Assembly (NCBI GenBank): GCA_937914785.1
Contig: CALGIV010000079.1
Span: 1 to 41,156 of the forward strand
DNA: 41,156 bases
Direction of reading: 5' to 3'
From: an uncultured Eubacteriaceae bacterium
GTDB taxonomy: Bacteria > Bacillota > Clostridia > Eubacteriales > UBA1433
Positions 8,820-20,291 of this stretch are shown here, piece after piece (positions within the stretch are counted from its first letter, which is position 1; the number at the start of each line of letters is the position of its first letter). The translations under genes were made by a program, and so were the position numbers. The notes under the pieces were generated by a model. That model did no database searches and was not told the origin of the DNA. It saw only the letters and a program-made list of their open reading frames with translations.

Positions 8820-9770
8820 TTATTCGTCGCTTTGTTTTAACTTCAGACCGATCTCGGCGAGTTTCTTAATAATTTCATTGAGTGATTTCTTGCCGAGGTT
8901 GCGAACCTTCATCATCTCTTCTTCGGTCTTTTGCGTCAATTCTTCTACCGTATTGATGTTTGCACGTTTTAAGCAGTTGTTGCTGCGCACGGACAATTCC
9001 AATTCCTCAATCGACATTTCAAGCATTTTTTCTTTTTTATTCTCTTCTTTTTCGATGAGAATCTCAATATCGTTTAGCTGACTGTCCAGATTAATAAACA
9101 TCTTCAAATGGTCGTTTAACACCTTCGCTGCCAATGAAATGGCGGCTTTGGGCGAAATCGTCCCGTTCGTCCAGATTTTTATGTTCAGCTTATCCAAGTC
9201 GGAAATATTGCCAACGCGTGTCTTTTCGGCTGTAAAATTCACTTTTTTAACAGGTGTGAAAATAGAATCCACCGGCAAAGTCCCGATCGGGTCTTTGGCA
9301 TCCTTGTTCTTATCAGCCGGTGAATACCCTCTGCCTTTGGCAATGGTCAATTCCATATTCAATTCACCATCTTCCGACAGAGAAGCGATATGCAAATCTT
9401 TATTCACGATTTCAATATCGGAACTTATTTCAATGTCGGATGCTTTGATTTCACACTCACCGTTGGCACGAATATACGCCGTCGCGACATCCCCTTCACC
9501 CAAAAACTTGATCGCCAGCTTTTTCAAGTTTAAAATTAACTGAACAACATCTTCCTTAACGCCCTGGATAACGGAAAACTCATGTAGCACACCGTCTATT
9601 TTTACCTTTGTCACCGCTGCGCCGGGAAGCGAGGAAAGCATAATTCTCCTTAAGGAGTTGCCGAGCGTGATTCCGTATCCGCGCTCAAGCGGCTCGACGA
9701 GAAATTCGCCGTATGTTCCCTCTTCGTTCATTTCAGAGATTTCTATTCTCGGTTTCTCAAATTGTATCAT
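8820..9770 (-). CDS. rpoA: DNA-directed RNA polymerase subunit alpha
   Basis: [24 protein letters not shown] plus the C-terminal domain [23 protein letters not shown]. Confidence 0.97.
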   Translation of the reverse strand: MIQFEKPRIEISEMNEEGTYGEFLVEPLERGYGITLGNSLRRIMLSSLPGAAVTKVKIDGVLHEFSVIQGVKEDVVQLILNLKKLAIKFLGEGDVATAYIRANGECEIKASDIEISSDIEIVNKDLHIASLSEDGELNMELTIAKGRGYSPADKNKDAKDPIGTLPVDSIFTPVKKVNFTAEKTRVGNISDLDKLNIKIWTNGTISPKAAISLAAKVLNDHLKMFINLDSQLNDIEILIEKEENKKEKMLEMSIEELELSVRSNNCLKRANINTVEELTQKTEEEMMKVRNLGKKSLNEIIKKLAEIGLKLKQSDE

Positions 9771-9812
9771 CTTACCCCTCCAATAATTATTAAATTTCTA
9801 ACGGGGCTTATA

Positions 9813-10439
9813 CTACTTCGAGTAGTATTCTACGATCAGGTTATCTTTGATCTCTATATCAATATCATCGCGTGCAGGCACCATCACCACTTTGCCGCTC
9901 ATCTTTTCCACATCGGCTTCCAACCACTTCGGGATAATTTTCCCGCTGAGGTTTTCTTGCAACGTCTTAAACTTCGGGCTCTTTCTGCTGCCGTCTTTGA
10001 CGTTGATTGTCGTCCCTTCTTTTACGATGAAAGACGGGATATTCACTTTTTTGCCGTCGACTAAGAAATGACCGTGAAGCACCAGCTGCCTTGCTTCTTT
10101 GCGAGAAGATGCAAAGCCCAAGCGATAAACTACATTATCTAATCTGCTTTCAAGTATTCTTAATAAATTTTCCCCTGTTACACCTTGCTGTTTTTCGGCA
10201 ATTTTAAAATAATTGCTGAATTGTTTTTCCAAAACGCCGTACATTCTTCTGGCCTTTTGCTTTTCTCTGAGCTGGATGCCGTATTCACTGAATTTCGTGC
10301 GCCTGCTGCCATGTTGACCCGGCACGGTGCCGCGTCGTTCCATCGCACATTTCGGCGAGTAACACCGGTCGCCTTTTAAAAACAGCTTCGTCTGCTCTTT
10401 ACGGCACAACCTGCATGATGCATCTGTATATCTTGCCAT
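9813..10439 (-). CDS. rpsD: 30S ribosomal protein S4 (uS4)
   Basis: [26 protein letters not shown]...; alpha-operon position. Confidence 0.97.
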   Translation of the reverse strand: MARYTDASCRLCRKEQTKLFLKGDRCYSPKCAMERRGTVPGQHGSRRTKFSEYGIQLREKQKARRMYGVLEKQFSNYFKIAEKQQGVTGENLLRILESRLDNVVYRLGFASSRKEARQLVLHGHFLVDGKKVNIPSFIVKEGTTINVKDGSRKSPKFKTLQENLSGKIIPKWLEADVEKMSGKVVMVPARDDIDIEIKDNLIVEYYSK

Positions 10440-10452
10440 GTTTTTCCTCCTG

Positions 10453-10848
10453 TTATACCCTTCTGCGTTTTGGCGGTCTGCAGCCGTTATGCGGAATTGG
10501 CGTTACATCCTTAATGCTCGTAATATCTAATCCCGCCGCCTGCAAGCTGCGAATTGCGCTTTCTCTGCCGCTTCCGGGGCCTTTTACAAAAACATCAACG
10601 GTTTTCAGGCCGTGTTCCATTGCCCTTTTAGCCGCTTCTTCCGCCACCGCACTCGCCGCATAAGGCGTGCTTTTCCTCGAACCTTTAAAGCCCAGCTCAC
10701 CGGCACTCGCCCAGGAAATCGCATTGCCCGCGACATCAGAAATTGTTACAATCGTATTGTTGAAACTGGACTTGATATGGGCCTGCCCACGCTCTATATT
10801 CTTCTTTACTTTTCTTCTTCTTACTTTAGACGTCTTTTTTGCTGCCAA
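10453..10848 (-). CDS. rpsK: 30S ribosomal protein S11 (uS11)
   Basis: [18 protein letters not shown]...[16 protein letters not shown]. Confidence 0.97.
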   Translation of the reverse strand: MAAKKTSKVRRRKVKKNIERGQAHIKSSFNNTIVTISDVAGNAISWASAGELGFKGSRKSTPYAASAVAEEAAKRAMEHGLKTVDVFVKGPGSGRESAIRSLQAAGLDITSIKDVTPIPHNGCRPPKRRRV

Positions 10849-10863
10849 TGAATTTGCCCTCCT

Positions 10864-11232
10864 TTACTTTTTCTTTCTTCCTACAGTCTTTTTCGGGCCT
10901 TTTCTCGTTCTGGCATTTGTTTTTGTCTTCTGCCCTCTGACAGGCAGACCTTTGCGATGTCTGATCCCTCTGTAACAGCCGATTTCCATCAGGCGTTTGA
11001 CGTTCAATTGCGTCTCGCGTCTTAAGTCACCTTCAACCACACACTGACTGTCGATGGTCGAACGTAATTTATTAACTTCTTCTTCTGTCAGGTCTTTAAT
11101 TCTTGTATCCGGGTTGATGCCCGTCTGTGCGAGCACCTTTTGTGAAGTCGTCTTGCCTATCCCGTAAATATAGGTCAGGCCGATCTCCACTCGTTTATCC
11201 CTTGGTAAATCTACTCCGGCTATTCTCGCCAT
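10864..11232 (-). CDS. rpsM: 30S ribosomal protein S13 (uS13)
   Basis: [26 protein letters not shown]. Confidence 0.97.
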   Translation of the reverse strand: MARIAGVDLPRDKRVEIGLTYIYGIGKTTSQKVLAQTGINPDTRIKDLTEEEVNKLRSTIDSQCVVEGDLRRETQLNVKRLMEIGCYRGIRHRKGLPVRGQKTKTNARTRKGPKKTVGRKKK

Positions 11233-11330
11233 GCGCAGTTACACCTCCATTTATTTTCTTTGCTTTTAAATTATCTATATATAAAACGGAAACAGGGTCG
11301 ATACTAGCTGCATCCCGTTTTAGTTTCTGC

Positions 11331-11686
<356 letters not shown>

Positions 11687-11689
11687 ATA

Positions 11690-11974
11690 TCAGCCTTCCT
11701 CCCCTCGTTTTCCGCCGAAGCAGTCGGCAATTTTTTTTCTGATCTCCGCATCTGTCAACAAACCCCTGTCAAGCTTTTCACAAACTTCGAAAAAAACCGT
11801 ATTCGTTTTTCGCAAGTGCTTGACTTTCTTCTTCTTTGGCGAAGCCACCTTACGCTTCCTGCCGTCGCACAACATCACATACTCTTCATCCAGGACGTCG
11901 ACGATTACCATAAAGTGCCCTTTATCCCTGCCGGCAGCAGAGCGCACTACCTGACCTACTACAAGTTCCTGCAT
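11690..11974 (-). CDS. KOW-domain (L14e/L24-like) small RNA-binding protein of unknown function
   Basis: MQELVVGQVVRSAAGRDKGHFMVIVDV has a KOW-type G-x-x-V-x-x-x-x-G-R-D-K-G motif followed by a lysine-rich segment. The ATG at 11974 overlaps the map stop (TGATG). It sits between map and infA. Confidence 0.75.
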   Translation of the reverse strand: MQELVVGQVVRSAAGRDKGHFMVIVDVLDEEYVMLCDGRKRKVASPKKKKVKHLRKTNTVFFEVCEKLDRGLLTDAEIRKKIADCFGGKRGEEG

Positions 11975-12729
11975 CACACACTCTCTGTCGTCAAGCTCTC
12001 ACAGGTACCTTTTCTGACCCACAAGGTATTTTCATAGTGTGCCGACAGTGATCGATCGGCCGTAACAACCGTCCAGCCGTCTGCCAGCGCCCGCACCTGA
12101 TAAGTGCCTGCATTCACCATCGGTTCCACCGCCAAAGTCATATTCTCCTTCAGCTGAATCCCGCGCCCACGACGTCCGTAATTTGGAATCGAAGGCCCCT
12201 CATGCATCTGCGTTCCAATGCCGTGTCCGACATAATCGCGCACGACCTGAAACCCGTTTTGCTCGACGTATTCCTGTATTGCCGCAGAAACATCACCCAA
12301 CCGATTGCCTTCAACAGCCAACGGCATCGCTTGTTCCAGACTTTCACGCGTCACGTCGATGAGCCGCTGTGCCGTCTCGCTGACGCTGCCGATCGGAAAA
12401 GTCCGCGCCGCATCGGAGTAATACCCTTTATAGATAGCGCCCGTGTCGACCGAAAGGATGTCGCCTTCAGCCAGAACCCGTTCTTTTAACGGGATCCCGT
12501 GGATAACTTCTTCGTTGATCGATGCGCAAATGGAAGCCGGAAAGCCATTGTAATTCAGAAATGCCGGTACACAATCATAACTGCGAATGATCTCTTCGGC
12601 TATCTTATCCAGTGCCAATGTGCTGACTCCAGGCCTGGCTTCCTTCGCTAATGTGTTTAACACTTTTGCTGTCACACTGCCCGAAAAGCGCATCAGTTCA
12701 ATTTCCTGACTTGTCTTTATCGTAATCAT
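11974..12729 (-). CDS. map: Type I methionine aminopeptidase
   Basis: Metal-ligand context SVDTGAIYKGYYSDAARTF, VGHGIG, LAVEPM. Confidence 0.95.
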   Translation of the reverse strand: MITIKTSQEIELMRFSGSVTAKVLNTLAKEARPGVSTLALDKIAEEIIRSYDCVPAFLNYNGFPASICASINEEVIHGIPLKERVLAEGDILSVDTGAIYKGYYSDAARTFPIGSVSETAQRLIDVTRESLEQAMPLAVEGNRLGDVSAAIQEYVEQNGFQVVRDYVGHGIGTQMHEGPSIPNYGRRGRGIQLKENMTLAVEPMVNAGTYQVRALADGWTVVTADRSLSAHYENTLWVRKGTCESLTTESV

Positions 12730-12733
12730 CGGC

Positions 12734-13378
12734 TCACTGCTTCAGCGCTTCAAAAATTTCCTGTGCAACTTCTTTGATGCCCCGCTGGCCGTCAATGTTG
12801 ACCAATACACCCTTTTGACGATAGAAATCAATCAGTGGCTGCGTTTTGCTCTCATATTCCACCAGACGTTTTTTTACCGTCTCTTCTTTATCGTCATCCC
12901 GCTGATACAAGGCCCCTGCACATTTGTCACACACGCCTTCTTTTGAAGGCGGATTATATTTCGCATGCAACGTTGCGCCGCAGTTTTTACAAATTCGTCT
13001 TCCCGTAATCCGGTCAATCAATAAGTTTGCATCAACCGCGATATTTAAAACAACGTCAATTCGCTTCTGTATTTTGCTCAACGCCTCTTCAAGCGCTTCT
13101 GCCTGCGTAAGCGTGCGCGGAAATCCATCCAACATAAACCCGCCTTTTGTATCCTGCCAATTCAATCGGTCTTCGACAAGCTTTACGACTACTTCGTCGG
13201 GAACCAGCAACCCTTTATCCATATAAGATTGTGCTTCAACACCGAGTTTCGTGCCTTCCTTGATGTTTTGTCTAAAGATGTCTCCAGTCGAAATATGCGG
13301 CACTTTCTTCAGTTCAACAATAAATGATGCCTGGGTTCCTTTACCCGCTCCCGGCGGTCCTAATAAAATAATATTCAT
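12734..13378 (-). CDS. adk: Adenylate kinase (zinc-lid form)
   Basis: MNIILLGPPGAGKGTQ. The lid has CKNCG...CDKC. Confidence 0.97.
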   Translation of the reverse strand: MNIILLGPPGAGKGTQASFIVELKKVPHISTGDIFRQNIKEGTKLGVEAQSYMDKGLLVPDEVVVKLVEDRLNWQDTKGGFMLDGFPRTLTQAEALEEALSKIQKRIDVVLNIAVDANLLIDRITGRRICKNCGATLHAKYNPPSKEGVCDKCAGALYQRDDDKEETVKKRLVEYESKTQPLIDFYRQKGVLVNIDGQRGIKEVAQEIFEALKQ

Positions 13379-13393
13379 CGTTTGAAACCTCTT

Positions 13394-14650
13394 TTATTTT
13401 AAGAAACCGGAATAGTTTCTCATCATCAGTTGTTGTTCCAATTGCTTAATGGTATCCAATGCTACCCCGACGACAATGATCAGTGTCGTTCCTGAGAACT
13501 GTAAACTGATTCCCAATGCATTGCCCATAAAGATCGGCAATACCGCGACAATTGCAAGGAAGATACCACCTGCCAGCGTCAGCTTGTTCGACGCTTTTCG
13601 GATGTATTCTGCTGTCGGGCTGCCCGGGCGGATTCCGGGGATAAAGCCGCCATACTTTTTCAAATTATTCGCCACATCATATGGATTGAAAATGGCGCTC
13701 GTATAGAAAAATGCAAACGCAATAATCAATATCACGTAGATGATCGTAGCTGCCACACCACCCCAGGCTAACTTTTCGCTAAGCCATTTTAACCACGCAG
13801 TATTAGGAAAAAAGCTGGCCAGCGTGGAAGGAAACATCGTCAGCGAAGAAGCAAAGATGATTGGAATAACGCCTGACTGATTCAACTTCAGCGGAATCGA
13901 CGTACTTCGGCCGCCGTATACTTTACGCCCTACAACACGCTTTGCATACTGCACCGGAATCTTTCTTTGTCCTTCATTTACCGCAACGATCGCCATAATC
14001 GCCGCAGCTACCAAAATCACCAGCACGATAAACAGATAAACCTTGATCGTGCCATTGACCAGATAATCGTAGGTCTTGACCACACCGGCGGGAATTGTCG
14101 TCACAATACTCGTAAAGATGATCAGCGAAATCCCGTTGCCAATCCCTTTTTCCGTAATTTGTTCACCGAGCCACATCAAGATGGCTGTACCTGCCACGAT
14201 CGTCAATCCGACGATTACCTTTGCGATGACTGCATCGCTCGTCATAATACTCTGAAATCCAAATACCATACCCAACACTTGAATTAACGCTAACAGCATC
14301 GTCAAATATCGGACGTAACGCTCAATTTTTTTACGGCCGTCTTCACCGGCTTTCTGCAATTCCTGCAGCGACGGAATAATCATCGCCAGCAGGTTCATAA
14401 TAATCGAAGCGTTGATATAAGGCGAGATCGACATTGCAAATATTGTAAAATTGCTAAAGTTCCCGCCGGAAATAATGTTCATCAGGTTGAACATTCCGTT
14501 GTTCGTGATAATATCTGCCAACGCACTCGTATCGATGTATGGAACAGGGATAAAACTCCCTATACGATAGACCAGCAAGGCCAATAAAGTAAAGAGTATG
14601 CGCTTCCTCGTCTCGGGAATTTTCCACGCATTCCTTAAGGTTGCAAGCAT
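13394..14650 (-). CDS. secY: Preprotein translocase subunit SecY
   Basis: 418-aa polytopic protein between rplO and adk, with IFAMSISPYINASII and GGFIPGIRPG. Confidence 0.97.
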   Translation of the reverse strand: MLATLRNAWKIPETRKRILFTLLALLVYRIGSFIPVPYIDTSALADIITNNGMFNLMNIISGGNFSNFTIFAMSISPYINASIIMNLLAMIIPSLQELQKAGEDGRKKIERYVRYLTMLLALIQVLGMVFGFQSIMTSDAVIAKVIVGLTIVAGTAILMWLGEQITEKGIGNGISLIIFTSIVTTIPAGVVKTYDYLVNGTIKVYLFIVLVILVAAAIMAIVAVNEGQRKIPVQYAKRVVGRKVYGGRSTSIPLKLNQSGVIPIIFASSLTMFPSTLASFFPNTAWLKWLSEKLAWGGVAATIIYVILIIAFAFFYTSAIFNPYDVANNLKKYGGFIPGIRPGSPTAEYIRKASNKLTLAGGIFLAIVAVLPIFMGNALGISLQFSGTTLIIVVGVALDTIKQLEQQLMMRNYSGFLK

Positions 14651-15094
14651 TTAGACCACCTCGGCCTTCCCGCCTGCCGCCTCGATCTTCTCTACTGCAC
14701 TCTTACTGATTTTATTCGCTTTTACGGTCAGAGAGACGTTTAATTCCCCCCTGCCCAGGATTTTAACACCGTCATAATCGTTTTTGATCATGCCTGCCTC
14801 ACGCAGAACCGCTTCGTCTACTGTCGCGCCCTTTTCAAACTTATTCAACTGCTCGACATTGACGACTGCATATTCTGTCTTAAAGCGCTTATTCGTAAAA
14901 CCCCTTTTAGGCAACCTTCTGGCCAACGGCATCTGTCCGCCTTCAAAACCTACGCGAACCTTACCGCCGGAACGGGATTTCTGTCCGTCCTGGCCACGGC
15001 CTGCCGTCTTACCAAGACCCGTAGCTGTCCCACGGCCTTTTCGGACTTTTTTCGATTTTGAACCCTCAGCGGGTTTTAACTCATATAATCTCAT
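14651..15094 (-). CDS. rplO: 50S ribosomal protein L15 (uL15)
   Basis: [34 protein letters not shown]. Confidence 0.97.
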   Translation of the reverse strand: MRLYELKPAEGSKSKKVRKGRGTATGLGKTAGRGQDGQKSRSGGKVRVGFEGGQMPLARRLPKRGFTNKRFKTEYAVVNVEQLNKFEKGATVDEAVLREAGMIKNDYDGVKILGRGELNVSLTVKANKISKSAVEKIEAAGGKAEVV

Positions 15095-15108
15095 AAAGCC
15101 GCGCCTCC

Positions 15109-15288
15109 TTAAATTTCTTCTACTTCAAGCATAAAACTTACTTTGTCTATCATTCCTCTGATTTGAGGAGTGTCTTCTTTTACGACTGCTTTGCCTATCT
15201 TGTTCAACCCCAGTGCTTCTAAGTTCGCGAGTTGCTTTTCTGTTCTGCCTATTTTGCTTCTTTTCAGCGTAATCTTTAATTGCGCCAT
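15109..15288 (-). CDS. rpmD: 50S ribosomal protein L30 (uL30)
   Basis: Not in the ORF track (59 aa). Hand translation is [72 protein letters not shown] lies upstream of the ATG at 15288. Confidence 0.93.
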   Translation of the reverse strand: MAQLKITLKRSKIGRTEKQLANLEALGLNKIGKAVVKEDTPQIRGMIDKVSFMLEVEEI

Positions 15289-15301
15289 TCTCCTCGCCTC
15301 C

Positions 15302-15805
15302 TTAACCTAAGATCTCTTCCGGCGTCTTGCCTCTTTTTTTCGCTACTTCTTCAACCGTCGTCAACGCCTTCAAACCTTCCATCGTCGCACGCGCCATATT
15401 GTTCGCATTGTTGGAACCCAGCGACTTCGTTCGAACATCCCGAATGCCGGCCAACTCCAACACCGCACGAACAGCACCGCCTGCGATTACGCCGCTACCT
15501 TTGCTCGCCGGCATCATCAATACTTTGCCGGCGCCGAATCGGCCTATAATCTCATGCGGTATCGTCGTTTTGACCATCGGCACGGCGATCATATTCTTCT
15601 TCGCATCCTCAATACCTTTGCGAATCGCCTCGGGAATTTCGACTGCTTTTCCCGTACCGATTCCGACGTGGCCGTCTTCGTCACCTACGACGACCAGACA
15701 ACTGAAACGGAAGTTTCTGCCACCTTTTACAACCTTGGCAACACGATTGATCTGTACTACTTTTTCTTTGATATCCAACACATTCGCATCAATTCTATCA
15801 TTCAT
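15302..15805 (-). CDS. rpsE: 30S ribosomal protein S5 (uS5)
   Basis: [27 protein letters not shown]. Confidence 0.97.
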   Translation of the reverse strand: MNDRIDANVLDIKEKVVQINRVAKVVKGGRNFRFSCLVVVGDEDGHVGIGTGKAVEIPEAIRKGIEDAKKNMIAVPMVKTTIPHEIIGRFGAGKVLMMPASKGSGVIAGGAVRAVLELAGIRDVRTKSLGSNNANNMARATMEGLKALTTVEEVAKKRGKTPEEILG

Positions 15806-15821
15806 CAGCGTCTTTCCTCCA

Positions 15822-16190
15822 TTAGAAGTTCAGCCCGGCTTCCCTTGCGCCGTCTGCCAACTCTTTTACCCTTCCGTGATAAACATATCCGCCGCGATCG
15901 AATACGACTGTGGTAATTCCCTTTTCCATCGCTTTTTTGCCGATTGCCAGTCCGACAATCTTCGCCGCTTCCTTCTTTGTCGACTTCGCAATTTGCTCCT
16001 GGACTTCTTTTTCTGCCGTCGAAGCCGCCACAAGCGTCGTCCCCTTCGTATCGTCGATAATTTGCGCATAGATATGTTTATTGCTTCTAAATACGTTTAA
16101 TCTGGGGCTTTCGGGAGTGCCGTTGATTTTATTGCGAATTCTATAATGCCTTTTAATTCTCTCTTTGTTTCTTACCGGTTTATTTATCAT
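15822..16190 (-). CDS. rplR: 50S ribosomal protein L18 (uL18)
   Basis: [18 protein letters not shown]...[24 protein letters not shown]. Confidence 0.97.
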   Translation of the reverse strand: MINKPVRNKERIKRHYRIRNKINGTPESPRLNVFRSNKHIYAQIIDDTKGTTLVAASTAEKEVQEQIAKSTKKEAAKIVGLAIGKKAMEKGITTVVFDRGGYVYHGRVKELADGAREAGLNF

Positions 16191-16203
16191 CTTTCACACC
16201 CCT

Positions 16204-16740
16204 CTACTTCCCTGTTTTACCTTCTTTACGACGGACGTATTCGCCGACGTAACGAATGCCTTTGCCCTTATAGGGTTCGGGTGGTCTTTTTTCTCTGATC
16301 ACCGCTGCATAAGCGCCGACCTGCTGTTTGTCGATTCCGGAAACGATGATTTTGTTGTTGCCTTCCATCGCCGTCTCAATGCCTGCAGGGTCCTCCATCT
16401 CGACAGGATGAGAATACCCCAAATTTAATACAAGCTTCTTGCCCTGCTTTTGAGCTCTGTAGCCGACGCCGACGATGTCCAGTTCTTTTTTAAACCCTTC
16501 GCTCACCCCGGTTACCATATTGGCCAAAAGCATTCTGCTCAAACCGTGCAGCTCGCGCAACTCTTTCTCATCGTTATCGCGCGTAACTGTAATTACATTA
16601 TCATTCTGCTCGATATTAATTCCTTTAAAAAATGTCTGGCTCAGTTCCCCTTTCGGGCCCTTTACTTTTACACCAAGACCATTTTTCTCAACCGTGACGC
16701 CGGAAGGAACAGTAATCGGCATTTTACCTACTCTTGACAT
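16204..16740 (-). CDS. rplF: 50S ribosomal protein L6 (uL6)
   Basis: [17 protein letters not shown]...[11 protein letters not shown]. Confidence 0.97.
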   Translation of the reverse strand: MSRVGKMPITVPSGVTVEKNGLGVKVKGPKGELSQTFFKGINIEQNDNVITVTRDNDEKELRELHGLSRMLLANMVTGVSEGFKKELDIVGVGYRAQKQGKKLVLNLGYSHPVEMEDPAGIETAMEGNNKIIVSGIDKQQVGAYAAVIREKRPPEPYKGKGIRYVGEYVRRKEGKTGK

Positions 16741-16761
16741 AGCGCTGTTTCCTCCTTCGCC

Positions 16762-17160
16762 TTACCACACATAGCAAATCACTTCACCGCCAACGCCGTT
16801 TCTGCGCGCCGCCTTGTCGGTCAAGATGCCATTTGATGTTGAAATAATCGCAATCCCCAGCCCGTTTAACACGCGCGGAAGTTCATCCTTGCCTGCATAA
16901 ATTCTCAGCCCGGGTTTTGATATTCTCTTTATACCACTGATAACCTTTTGTTTGTTATCGAGATATTTTAACGTGATTTTCATAATGCCCTGTTTGTCGT
17001 CGTCAATGACTTCAAAAGACTTCACATAGCCTTCTTCCACAAGGATTCCGGCGATTGCTTTTTTGATATTTGACGACGGAATTTCAACGGTTTTATGCCC
17101 TGCGTTATTCGCATTTCTGATTCTGGTTAACATATCTGCGATCGGGTCAGTCATTACCAT
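16762..17160 (-). CDS. rpsH: 30S ribosomal protein S8 (uS8)
   Basis: [18 protein letters not shown]. Confidence 0.97.
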   Translation of the reverse strand: MVMTDPIADMLTRIRNANNAGHKTVEIPSSNIKKAIAGILVEEGYVKSFEVIDDDKQGIMKITLKYLDNKQKVISGIKRISKPGLRIYAGKDELPRVLNGLGIAIISTSNGILTDKAARRNGVGGEVICYVW

Positions 17161-17184
17161 TTTTCACTTGCCCCCTTTTCGTAT

Positions 17185-17370
17185 TTACCAACTGGCTTTC
17201 TTCACGCCGGGTATTTCACCTTTGTAAGCCATTTCTCTGAAGCATATTCTGCATATGCCATATTTTCTCAAATAAGCATGAGGTCTGCCGCAACGTCTAC
17301 AACGTGTATATGCCCTCGTAGAATATTTCGGTTCTCTCTGCTGTTTCAACTTCATTGCTTTTTTTGCCAC
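17185..17370 (-). CDS. rpsZ: 30S ribosomal protein S14 type Z (zinc-binding, 61 aa)
   Basis: [23 protein letters not shown]; short C+ form. Confidence 0.96.
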   Translation of the reverse strand: MAKKAMKLKQQREPKYSTRAYTRCRRCGRPHAYLRKYGICRICFREMAYKGEIPGVKKASW

Positions 17371-17384
17371 AGCTTCACTCTCCT

Positions 17385-17924
17385 TTATTTACTGAACGGC
17401 ATACCCAAAAGCTTGAGTAACTCGTAGGATTCTTTATCAGTTTTCGCTGTCGTCACAAAGATGATGTCCATACCTCTGAGTTTTTCGATCTCGTCGTAAT
17501 TGATTTCCGGAAAAATCAGCTGTTCTTTCACACCCATCGTGTAGTTCCCTCTGCCGTCAAACGAATTCGCATTCGTTCCGCGGAAGTCTCGAACGCGCGG
17601 CAGTGCAACATTGAACAACTTGTCGACAAACTCATACATCTTATCGCTTCTCAGCGTTACTTTCGCGCCAATCGTCATACCTTTGCGAAGCTTAAAGTTG
17701 GAAACCGACTTTTTCGCCTGCAAAATAATCGGTCTTTGTCCCGTGATTCTGCCGAGCTCGGCTGCCGCGGCTTCCATTTGCTTCGGATTATCTTTACAAT
17801 CACCAAAACGCATGTTAATGACTATTTTTTCCAGTTTTGGCACCTGCATAATGTTTCCATAGGAAAACTCCGACATTAACGCAGGAACAGTTTCATTTTG
17901 ATATTTTTCTTTTAATCGCACCAT
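17385..17924 (-). CDS. rplE: 50S ribosomal protein L5 (uL5)
   Basis: [11 protein letters not shown]...[15 protein letters not shown]. Confidence 0.97.
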   Translation of the reverse strand: MVRLKEKYQNETVPALMSEFSYGNIMQVPKLEKIVINMRFGDCKDNPKQMEAAAAELGRITGQRPIILQAKKSVSNFKLRKGMTIGAKVTLRSDKMYEFVDKLFNVALPRVRDFRGTNANSFDGRGNYTMGVKEQLIFPEINYDEIEKLRGMDIIFVTTAKTDKESYELLKLLGMPFSK

Positions 17925-17941
17925 TTCTTCTACCTCCTACG

Positions 17942-18268
17942 TTATTTGTCGAGCGTCTCGCCGCACTTTACACACACTCTTACTTTCTGCTCGTTGGCAA
18001 GTACCTGCGAAGAAGTCCGCACCCCTTTTTTGCACTTCGGGCAATAAAGCAATACGTTTGATATGTGAATTGCCCCTTCCTGCTTGATGATACCACTTTG
18101 CTGGCCTTCCTTCGTCGCACGCATGTGCTTCGTCCGAACGTTGACACCCTCTACGATAACGCGTTCCGTTTTCGGATACGCTTTTAAAATCTTTCCACTC
18201 TTTCCCTTGTCTTTGCCCGCGATAACAACAACATTGTCATCCTTTTTTACATGAAGTCTCTTTTGCAT
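17942..18268 (-). CDS. rplX: 50S ribosomal protein L24 (uL24) with C-terminal CxxC...CxxC
   Basis: HVKKDDNVVVIAGKDKGKSGKI (KOW), then CPKCKK...CVKCGE. Confidence 0.96.
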   Translation of the reverse strand: MQKRLHVKKDDNVVVIAGKDKGKSGKILKAYPKTERVIVEGVNVRTKHMRATKEGQQSGIIKQEGAIHISNVLLYCPKCKKGVRTSSQVLANEQKVRVCVKCGETLDK

Positions 18269-18282
18269 CTTCTTCTACCTCC

Positions 18283-18651
18283 TTATAACACTTCAGGAGC
18301 CAGAGATACGATCTTCATAAATTTCTTTTCTCTCAACTCTCTCGCCACTGGGCCGAAAATACGCGTTCCCCTCGGCTGCATGTCTTCTTTTATGATCACC
18401 GCCGCGTTCTGGTCAAACTTGATATGACTGCCGTCCGGACGACTCACTCCGCGCTTGGTTCGCACGACGACCGCTCTGACGATCTCGCCTTTCTTGACCA
18501 CTCCACCCGGCGCAGCGCTCTTTACCGTCGCGACGATCACGTCGCCAACATTTGCATATTTCCTTCTCGAACCGCCTAAAACACGGATACACAAAATCTC
18601 TTTTGCGCCCGTATTGTCAGCGATTTTGAGTCTGCTCTCCTGTTGAATCAT
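18283..18651 (-). CDS. rplN: 50S ribosomal protein L14 (uL14)
   Basis: [27 protein letters not shown]. Confidence 0.97.
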   Translation of the reverse strand: MIQQESRLKIADNTGAKEILCIRVLGGSRRKYANVGDVIVATVKSAAPGGVVKKGEIVRAVVVRTKRGVSRPDGSHIKFDQNAAVIIKEDMQPRGTRIFGPVARELREKKFMKIVSLAPEVL

Positions 18652-18680
18652 TTTATTTTTCCTCCTCGGCGCAAAATGCC

Positions 18681-18941
18681 TTATTTCGCTTTTTCGACGA
18701 TTTCAAACAACCGCCAGTGCTTATCTTTGCTTAAAGGCCTGGTTTCCATTATTTTAACGGTATCGCCAATGCCGCACTCATTCTTTTCATCATGTGCCTT
18801 GAATTTCTTCGTGCTCTTCACTTGTTTTTTATAAACAGGGTGCTTCGCAGTCGTCGATACGGCAACAACGATGGTCTTATCCATTTTGTCAGATACGACT
18901 TTACCGACTCTGACTTTACGATAACCTCTAACTGTATCCAT
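18681..18941 (-). CDS. rpsQ: 30S ribosomal protein S17 (uS17)
   Basis: [16 protein letters not shown]...[23 protein letters not shown]. Confidence 0.96.
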   Translation of the reverse strand: MDTVRGYRKVRVGKVVSDKMDKTIVVAVSTTAKHPVYKKQVKSTKKFKAHDEKNECGIGDTVKIMETRPLSKDKHWRLFEIVEKAK

Positions 18942-18960
18942 TGCTTATCTCCTCCTGTCC

Positions 18961-19164
18961 TTAAGCATCCATCGCCTTCAGCTCTCGCTGGCGCATTATT
19001 GTCTTTACCCGTGCGTAGTCACGTTTTACTTCGCGGATTCTAAGTGCGTTTTCCAACTGCCCTGTGGAATGCTGAAAACGCAAGTTAAACAGCTCCGCTT
19101 TTAAATTTATCAATTGTTCGCTTAATTCCAAATCAGTCATTTCTCTGATATCTTTTGCTTTCAT
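18961..19164 (-). CDS. rpmC: 50S ribosomal protein L29 (uL29)
   Basis: [27 protein letters not shown]. The ATG overlaps the rplP stop (TAATG). Confidence 0.96.
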   Translation of the reverse strand: MKAKDIREMTDLELSEQLINLKAELFNLRFQHSTGQLENALRIREVKRDYARVKTIMRQRELKAMDA

Positions 19165-19595
19165 TACACTTCACCACCCGCTTCAGATTCTGCTCTGGTT
19201 ATGAATTTTGTTTTAATCGGCAGTTTGTGTCTTGCGAGTCTCATCGCTTCACGCGCAGTTTCCGTATCGACACCGGCAAGCTCAAACATCACTCTGCCGG
19301 GCTTTACAACGGCAACCCAGTATTCGGGAGAACCTTTACCGGAACCCATACGCGTCTCGGCAGGCTTTTTCGTCACGGACTTATCCGGGAAAATCTTAAT
19401 CCATACCTTACCGCCTCTTTTCATATATCTCGTCATAGCGATACGGGCCGCTTCTATCTGATTGGACGTAATCCAACCGGGCTCCATCGCAACAATTGCA
19501 TAATCGCCGTAAGTGATCTTATTGCCGCGCGTCGCCTTACCCGTCATTCTGCCTCTATGCACTTTTCTGTATTTCACCCTTTTAGGCATTAACAT
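19164..19595 (-). CDS. rplP: 50S ribosomal protein L16 (uL16)
   Basis: [17 protein letters not shown]. Confidence 0.97.
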   Translation of the reverse strand: MLMPKRVKYRKVHRGRMTGKATRGNKITYGDYAIVAMEPGWITSNQIEAARIAMTRYMKRGGKVWIKIFPDKSVTKKPAETRMGSGKGSPEYWVAVVKPGRVMFELAGVDTETAREAMRLARHKLPIKTKFITRAESEAGGEV

Positions 19596-19629
19596 TTCGG
19601 TATCCTCCTATAAATCTCTCTGCGATCAA

Positions 19630-20277
19630 CTACTTGCTTTCGTCTCTCGGACCGATTACTTCGCCTTTGTTAATCCAAACTTTGACGCCGATCTTACCAT
19701 ACGTCGTGTCTGCTTCCGCGAAGCCGTAGTCGATGTCGGCGCGCAACGTCTGCAACGGCACATTGCCTTCACTGTAGCGCTCCGAACGCGCGATGTCCGC
19801 ACCGTTCAATCTGCCCGCTACATTCGTCTTGATGCCTTCCGCACCGCCTCTGATCGCTCTGCCGATTGCCTGCTTCATCGCCCTTCGATAAGAAATCCTG
19901 CGTTCAATCTGTTGTGCAATGCTTTCTGCGACCAACTGTGCGTCGCAATCGACATTTTTCACTTCCATGATGTTCATAATGATCTCTTTACCGGTCATTT
20001 CCTGCAATTGCTTCTTCAGTTTATCGATGCTTTCGCCATTTTTGCCGATAATCATGCCGGGTTTGGCCGTATGGATAAAAATCCTTACACGTCCGGCAAA
20101 GCGCTCGATTTCGATGCGGGAAATTCCCGCTTTATATTGTGTTTTTTTGATATATTTTCTAATTTTGTCGTCTTCAATCAGCAGATCTGCAAAATCTCTG
20201 TCTCTTGCATACCATCTGGCATTCCAGTCTTTAATAACGCCTACTCTGAGTCCGTGCGGATTAACCTTTTGTCCCAT
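19630..20277 (-). CDS. rpsC: 30S ribosomal protein S3 (uS3)
   Basis: [23 protein letters not shown]. Confidence 0.97.
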   Translation of the reverse strand: MGQKVNPHGLRVGVIKDWNARWYARDRDFADLLIEDDKIRKYIKKTQYKAGISRIEIERFAGRVRIFIHTAKPGMIIGKNGESIDKLKKQLQEMTGKEIIMNIMEVKNVDCDAQLVAESIAQQIERRISYRRAMKQAIGRAIRGGAEGIKTNVAGRLNGADIARSERYSEGNVPLQTLRADIDYGFAEADTTYGKIGVKVWINKGEVIGPRDESK

Positions 20278-20291
20278 TTAATTTCCTCCAA

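Noticed and set aside
15327-16100. Long plus-strand ORFs antisense to the ribosomal genes. This 257-aa ORF is one; others are at 19513-20376 (287 aa), 22729-23439 (236 aa), 20503-21075 and 21364-21843.
   Set aside because: They lie entirely opposite unmistakable r-protein genes, lack SD sequences, and have low-complexity Ser/Pro/Arg/Phe-rich translations. This is typical of shadow ORFs produced by codon bias on the coding strand.
17942-18268. L24 carries a C-terminal CPKC...CVKC zinc-ribbon-like motif that B. subtilis L24 lacks.
   Set aside because: It is real in the sequence but not novel. The same CxxC...CxxC arrangement occurs in Thermus thermophilus L24, and the zinc-binding forms of S14 and L36 here fit the same pattern.
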